Assembly (NCBI GenBank): GCA_021324685.1
Contig: JAJPIQ010000032.1
Coordinates: 2,878-66,877 of the forward strand
Reading direction: 5' to 3'
Length of the DNA stretch: 64,000 bases
DNA from: Bacteroidota bacterium
GTDB lineage: Bacteria; Bacteroidota; Ignavibacteria; Palsa-1295
Both the position numbers and the translations under genes were made by a program. The notes under the pieces were generated by a model, which saw only the letters and a list, made by a program, of their open reading frames with translations, did not search any database and was not told the DNA's origin. This document shows positions 59,636 to 64,000 of the stretch, in pieces (position 1 is the first letter of the stretch; each line of letters opens with the position of its first letter).

Positions 59636-59782
59636 CCATCACGAATAATTGCGCGAGACATGGGGTGTGAGCCGCACCCCTTGGCACGTCGCGCTAAAAA
59701 TTATGGAAATGATACAGGAATTTCTTGGCGGCTTCTTCCTCGGGGTGATCCTTGTGGTGGTAATCCGGTGGAGGGAGATACG

Positions 59783-59992
59783 ATGAAGCCGAAGCTCCAA
59801 TACAAAATTAATGGGAAGTGGTACGATGCGCGCGACGTCGCCACCGTCGCGGGCGGCGAGGCGGACGAGGTGAGCTACGCCGTTGTCAATGGCGACTCTA
59901 ACCACCACGTCATCGAAGACACGCGCCACGCTTTTTATTGTAACTGCGAAGGGCAGTGTAAGGGACACAAACACGGAGTAATAGTTCCATGA
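59783..59992 (+). CDS. Small hypothetical protein
   Basis: The 69-aa reading starts at the internal ATG preceded by GGAGATACG. Confidence 0.3.
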   Translation: MKPKLQYKINGKWYDARDVATVAGGEADEVSYAVVNGDSNHHVIEDTRHAFYCNCEGQCKGHKHGVIVP

Positions 59993-60360
59993 AAAAGAAA
60001 AAGAGAATGCCGCTTATGACCCCGGAGCAGCGATCGTCATTTATCGATGCGCTAAGAAGCGGGAGATATAAACAGGGGCGCGGGATGATGATTAGCCTCG
60101 ACGGCCAGCGGCTTTGCTGCCTCGGCGTCCTTTGCAAAATCAACCACATTGCGCTTGGGAACGTCAACGACTGCGTCAGCGACGAGCGCGCGAACGCATA
60201 CGAATACGTGAAGAGCCTCCTGGGCGATGCGTGGTCAGACCTCCTCCACGCGAATGACAAGCAGTCACTTTCTTTTAACGAGATCGCGGACATCGTCGAA
60301 GGGCCGGCATTCACGCGTGCACTAAGTACCGCGATCCGAGACGACGACGATGACGAGTAA
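59989..60360 (+). CDS. Hypothetical protein with acidic tail
   Basis: 123 aa ending DDDDDE. Confidence 0.4.
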   Translation: MKKKKRMPLMTPEQRSSFIDALRSGRYKQGRGMMISLDGQRLCCLGVLCKINHIALGNVNDCVSDERANAYEYVKSLLGDAWSDLLHANDKQSLSFNEIADIVEGPAFTRALSTAIRDDDDDE

Positions 60361-60371
60361 AATAATTCTAA

Positions 60372-60833
60372 ATGCTCGCACTTCAGCCGATAACATTTAA
60401 GGACGCGAAAGCCTTTATCGCGGCTCATCACCGTCACCACGCTCCTCCTCGAGGCTGGAAGTTCGGAGTCGGATGCGCGAGCGTCGGCCGACTCGTGGGA
60501 ATCGTAACTGTCGGGCGTCCGGTCGCTCGCCACTACGACGACGGATGGACGCTGGAAGTCACTCGACTCTGCACAGACGGGACCAGAAATGCCTGCTCAT
60601 TTCTATATGCGGCGGCGGGAAAAATTACGCGCGCGCTCGGATACAGGCGGCTCATAACCTACACGCTGCCCGAGGAGGGTGGCGCAAGCCTCAAGGGGGC
60701 TGGATGGCGCTTAATCGGCGAGAGAGGCGGCGGGTCCTGGAGCCGTATTCGACGACCGCGAGAAGATAAACACGCGACACAAAAAAAAAGTATCTATGGG
60801 AACTCCAGCTCGCCGAGGCCGACCGTCGGGTAA
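60372..60833 (+). CDS. GNAT-fold-like protein (possibly Mom-like DNA-modification family; speculative)
   Basis: 153 aa with AHHRHHAPPRGWKFGVGCASVGRLVGIVTVGRP...RLITYTLPEEGGASLKGAGWRLIG, a beta-alpha pattern reminiscent of an acyl-CoA-dependent acyltransferase fold. Confidence 0.3.
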   Translation: MLALQPITFKDAKAFIAAHHRHHAPPRGWKFGVGCASVGRLVGIVTVGRPVARHYDDGWTLEVTRLCTDGTRNACSFLYAAAGKITRALGYRRLITYTLPEEGGASLKGAGWRLIGERGGGSWSRIRRPREDKHATQKKSIYGNSSSPRPTVG

Positions 60834-61158
60834 GCTAAAGGACTACCCGCGCAGTCGCGGTCGCACGCAATATCAGTATGCGAATACGCGAGTGTCGGCG
60901 GAGGAATTCGCTAAGACCTTCGGGAACTGGATTCCGAGGCTTTTCACGACGGATCGGGGATGGTCGGGTATGGATATACTCTGGCTCACCCCCTATTGTA
61001 CAAAACGCTTTATGAGGAAACTGCGAAAACGGAGGGGCGATGAGTAAGCGGGCGAAAAGCGGAGTAATCAAGAAGACTCGCGGCGCCGACGTCAGGATGG
61101 GGAAGGCGAAGCTGCGCGAGTTGAAGCGGATTGAACGCGAAGCCTATCTTCGCGAGGG

Positions 61159-62067
61159 ATGGAGGCAGGTGATAAATTAATGGCAGACATACCATATTTC
61201 CCCCACGACTTCAACGCGCGGGGAACGAAGAAGCTGAAGAGACTTCGTCGCAAGCACGGACCAGGCGGCTACGGCCGATACTGGATGTTGCTCGAAATGA
61301 TGAGGGAATCTCCTCTTTATCGGATCGACTTGCTGGACGAAAATACGCTCGAGGATGTGATCGAGGATTTGGATTTCGCGACCGAAGAGGACCTCCGCGG
61401 CTTTTTAAAAGAGCTCGTCGATCTCCGACTTATCGAGGTCGACGGCAATATCATTTCGTCCGCCGGCTTCGATGAGCGCATGGCGTGGATGGACGCATTC
61501 CGACAAGGCAATTCGGAGCGGGCCAAGAAGGCTGCAAAGGCCAGGTGGGGGCGCGCTGGCGGAGAGAATGCTAACGATGCTCGAGCATTGCTCAAGCATG
61601 ACGAGCACATGCTAAGCAATGCTACCCACCCACCCACCCACCCACGTACCCACGTACGTACGGACGGGGCCCTTGTGCCTTCGGCACCGGGCCCGGATCG
61701 GGAGACAACGGTTTCTTACAGCCCAGCCCTGGACTACAAATATGGAGTCTGGAGTGAGAGGGACGGCGTGAGGTATTTCCGGCATGAGCGCTGGGCCTCC
61801 ATGAGTGAACAGGAGAGGCAGCGATACGTCGCCGATGGGCATGTGGACCCTCGCTATATCAAAGAGGATGGGACAACAAGGAGCTGGCTGCCGCCGGACC
61901 TGGAAGGTCGATCGAGCGACGAGCCAAGCGATGGTTTGAAGAGCGTCATCAGCGCGCGGTTGGGGAATAAGATAATCAACACTTACCCAACCCCCAAAAT
62001 AAGTGAATCTTCGCCCCACTCCCATATTGAGATCGAGGAGGAGGTGGAGGAGGGGGACCCGTTTTAA
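61159..62067 (+). CDS. Phage replisome organizer (Lin1244/Lin1753-like N-terminal domain)
   Basis: MADIPYFPHDFNARGTKKLKRLRRKHGPGGYGRYWMLLEMM...LRLIEVDG matches the replisome-organizer N-terminal domain family. It is followed by an iteron-rich noncoding region. Confidence 0.55.
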   Translation: MEAGDKLMADIPYFPHDFNARGTKKLKRLRRKHGPGGYGRYWMLLEMMRESPLYRIDLLDENTLEDVIEDLDFATEEDLRGFLKELVDLRLIEVDGNIISSAGFDERMAWMDAFRQGNSERAKKAAKARWGRAGGENANDARALLKHDEHMLSNATHPPTHPRTHVRTDGALVPSAPGPDRETTVSYSPALDYKYGVWSERDGVRYFRHERWASMSEQERQRYVADGHVDPRYIKEDGTTRSWLPPDLEGRSSDEPSDGLKSVISARLGNKIINTYPTPKISESSPHSHIEIEEEVEEGDPF

Positions 62068-62089
62068 GGAGGGTTTCTGCACAATATAA

Positions 62090-62560
62090 AAACGGGAAAG
62101 AATGCTTTTTATATGGAAACCCACTTATACCACGAATTGAAGCGGGTACAGGGAGAACACCATCGTCGGGCGGCGCGCGAGGGGCCCCGAATTGAATCGG
62201 GGGCGGGCCTTTTTGAAAAAGGATGCTTTTTTTCTGGAAATCGACTTCGTTCCCGTGCCTGAGATCGAAGGACGGTTTCTAATTGAACTCGGAACTAATC
62301 TAAAACCCTCCGGTACGTTACGCCGTAGGTCATAATCGCGCCGTAAGTGTCGTTTTTGGTTCGTTTAACCGACAACACTCTGACTTGTTTTCATTGCCGC
62401 CGGTCGTATCGCTGTTTTACCTTTCTATTAGATAGTTTTTGTCTTTGTGAAATCGCTGGTTTGTCTATACAGCTAACCGGTTGTCTATGAAAAAGGTGTG
62501 CCAACGCTCGTTTTAGTGCAATTGCCACCGCTGGCAATCATTGGCACGGCATTGGTGAAG
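62090..62560. repeat. Putative phage replication origin: iterons, inverted repeats, lower GC
   Basis: Direct repeats (G/A)ATGCTTTTT(A/T)T(A/C)TGGAAA at 62100 and 62221. cgAATTGAAnCGGG occurs three times (62133, 62189, 62280). TTGTCTAT occurs twice plus TTGTCTTT (62438-62488). A perfect palindrome ATTGCCAccgcTGGCAAT lies at 62521-62538. Confidence 0.5.
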
Positions 62561-62739
62561 GTAGCCCAGTGAGTTCATTTTACAATTCACTTTCCTTCGG
62601 GACAGCTAAGGGTGACAGCCTTAGCGTGTAGAGAGTCAGTCAGTAGGTCAACACCCCGAACCCTCGGCTTTCCGCTAAACCCTGTCCTGATTGAATGTTC
62701 TTTGACAACCGCCGGAGCCTATCGCTCCAAGAACTCACT

Positions 62740-62824
62740 GGGAGTAGCGTCGTGCTACGGTATGCCTATAAAGGCCAATAGGGCCGGGTTTACGCCGTAA
62801 AGGGTTCAAATCCCTTTACTCTCT
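62740..62824 (+). other. tRNA-like element (T arm + 7-bp acceptor; upstream part not canonical)
   Basis: GGGAGUA...AAGGGUUCAAAUCCCUU-UACUCUC pairs as acceptor plus T arm. The internal 53 nt do not give a clean D/anticodon fold by hand. Confidence 0.3.
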
Positions 62825-62849
62825 CAAATTCAACCTAAACGACACACTT

Positions 62850-63137
62850 ATGTATTCACACCGTTTCCAACCCGAGCAATTCCGGGAAGCGGTCTTACGC
62901 CGCTATCCTCGCATTCCATTAGAAGCATTAGATCGAATCGTTGACCGGGAAGCTCAGCGGCCCGTTAACCACTCGCTTTCTCCTGCCTCTTACGTTCCCC
63001 TCGCAGTCGCAAGTGTACACGGGTTCGTTCGTCATAACTTTACAAATTATGATATACTGCTCGAACGCACTATGCGACACATCGCACGCGACAAGGTGCG
63101 TCGCGCAGTAGAGAACTATCTTACCGCGTGGAGCTAA
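62850..63137 (+). CDS. Hypothetical protein
   Basis: 95 aa, preceded by the conserved CTCAAATTCAACCTAAACGACA motif. Confidence 0.35.
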   Translation: MYSHRFQPEQFREAVLRRYPRIPLEALDRIVDREAQRPVNHSLSPASYVPLAVASVHGFVRHNFTNYDILLERTMRHIARDKVRRAVENYLTAWS

Positions 63138-63328
63138 TATGGAAACACTTCCATACTATACCAAAGACGTTTACGGGGTTCGGAGACATTATCTGCGAGA
63201 CCCCGAACAGGCCCGGCACGTTGTCGCGCTGACGGGGAAAAGACGCCGCTAAAAACCCCAAATGGAGATTTTTACGGGGGGTTAACTCCCTCCGCGGGTT
63301 CACTATTCTTTAAAACCTAAACGACAAC

Positions 63329-64000
63329 ATGGACGAAGAACTACTAACACTGCTCGAATCGGCACCGGCGGTTCTTGAGCCGGATATAGGAACGGAGCCG
63401 GAAGAAGAAGAGCCGGAACCGTTTTGCTCGTGCGGAAGGTGCGGCGAAGTTATCGAAAAAGAATCTGACGCACACCGCGTTCGCGTTCGTAATTCTGGCG
63501 AACCATACGAAAACTGGTGTACCGACTGCACGGATTATGCCGCTTTCGACCCGCATCACACGGAGTTATACAGTGACGAGCTGTGGGATGAATGCTACTT
63601 TTGTTGCGACAACTGCAATGAAATCTATTCGCGAGACTACTATTTCGGCGATGGAATTTGTGAGGATTGCGCTCCGAGGGACGACGACGAAGAAGACGAT
63701 TCCCCCTTAAGGGACTACGGCACACGTGCCGAAAAGGTACACGGATTCTACGGCGCTCACCGTGCGAACTGGAGCGGATTATACGAATCCGGGTATAAGG
63801 TTCACGGGGAAACATTGTATTTCGGAATGGAACTCGAAATAGAATGTCTTTCCGACGCCGAGGATTTACGAGCCGCTATCGACCGTATTAACGACTTACT
63901 CGCGGGATTCGCGATTTTAAAATCCGACGGTTCCCTTACACGTGGGTTTGAGATTGTTACCGCGCCTGCTACGATGCCTGAATTCAAGAAGCGAACGGCA
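63329..64000 (+). CDS. Cys-rich zinc-ribbon protein, 3'-truncated at window end (amidoligase-like C-terminal part is a guess)
   Basis: The ATG at 63329 follows the conserved motif, and the frame is open to the window end. Multiple CxxC pairs are present (CSCGRCGE, CTDC, CCDNCNE, CEDC), followed by GMELEIE...GFEIVTAP. Confidence 0.5.
   Translation, partial: MDEELLTLLESAPAVLEPDIGTEPEEEEPEPFCSCGRCGEVIEKESDAHRVRVRNSGEPYENWCTDCTDYAAFDPHHTELYSDELWDECYFCCDNCNEIYSRDYYFGDGICEDCAPRDDDEEDDSPLRDYGTRAEKVHGFYGAHRANWSGLYESGYKVHGETLYFGMELEIECLSDAEDLRAAIDRINDLLAGFAILKSDGSLTRGFEIVTAPATMPEFKKRTA

Overview
High-GC (~60%) bacterial window in two parts. Positions 1-22.2 kb are conserved chromosome on the + strand. 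It holds the 3' end of a giant beta-barrel outer-membrane protein gene (SprA-like guess) and a TPP-riboswitch-controlled thiamine operon (thiD-thiC-thiO-thiS-thiG-tenI/thiE-thiE-thiF). These are followed by an SDR oxidoreductase, a YqeY/GatB-like protein, cvpA, mutS2, accC, purL and a histidine kinase / sigma-54 response regulator pair. A tRNA-Asn(GUU) gene at ~22.23 kb is interrupted right after the anticodon loop. From there to at least 64 kb is phage-derived DNA. A 32-kb minus-strand virion-morphogenesis module runs from the large terminase down to three tail fibres, with small terminase, portal, scaffold, capsid, a 1855-aa virion protein carrying a lytic-transglycosylase motif and a beta-helix tailspike. 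It carries an initiator-type tRNA(CAU). A tRNA/HNH/operator 'switch' region sits at 54.9-56.0 kb. An early/replication module on the + strand (56-64 kb) holds a DEDD exonuclease, an HD hydrolase, a DnaA-C-like HTH protein, a Lin1244-type replisome organizer, an iteron-rich putative origin and a membrane protein plus lipoprotein pair. No integrase, repressor, CRISPR array or IS element is visible; the integrase and right attachment site are presumably beyond 64 kb. Candidate novelties are the disruptive insertion into the tRNA-Asn anticodon loop, the 102-nt tRNA-like gene with T-arm/acceptor relics, a conserved 14-nt motif abutting start codons, the initiator-like phage tRNA and the origin architecture. 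All calls are from reading the sequence and ORF translations; no database searches were run.
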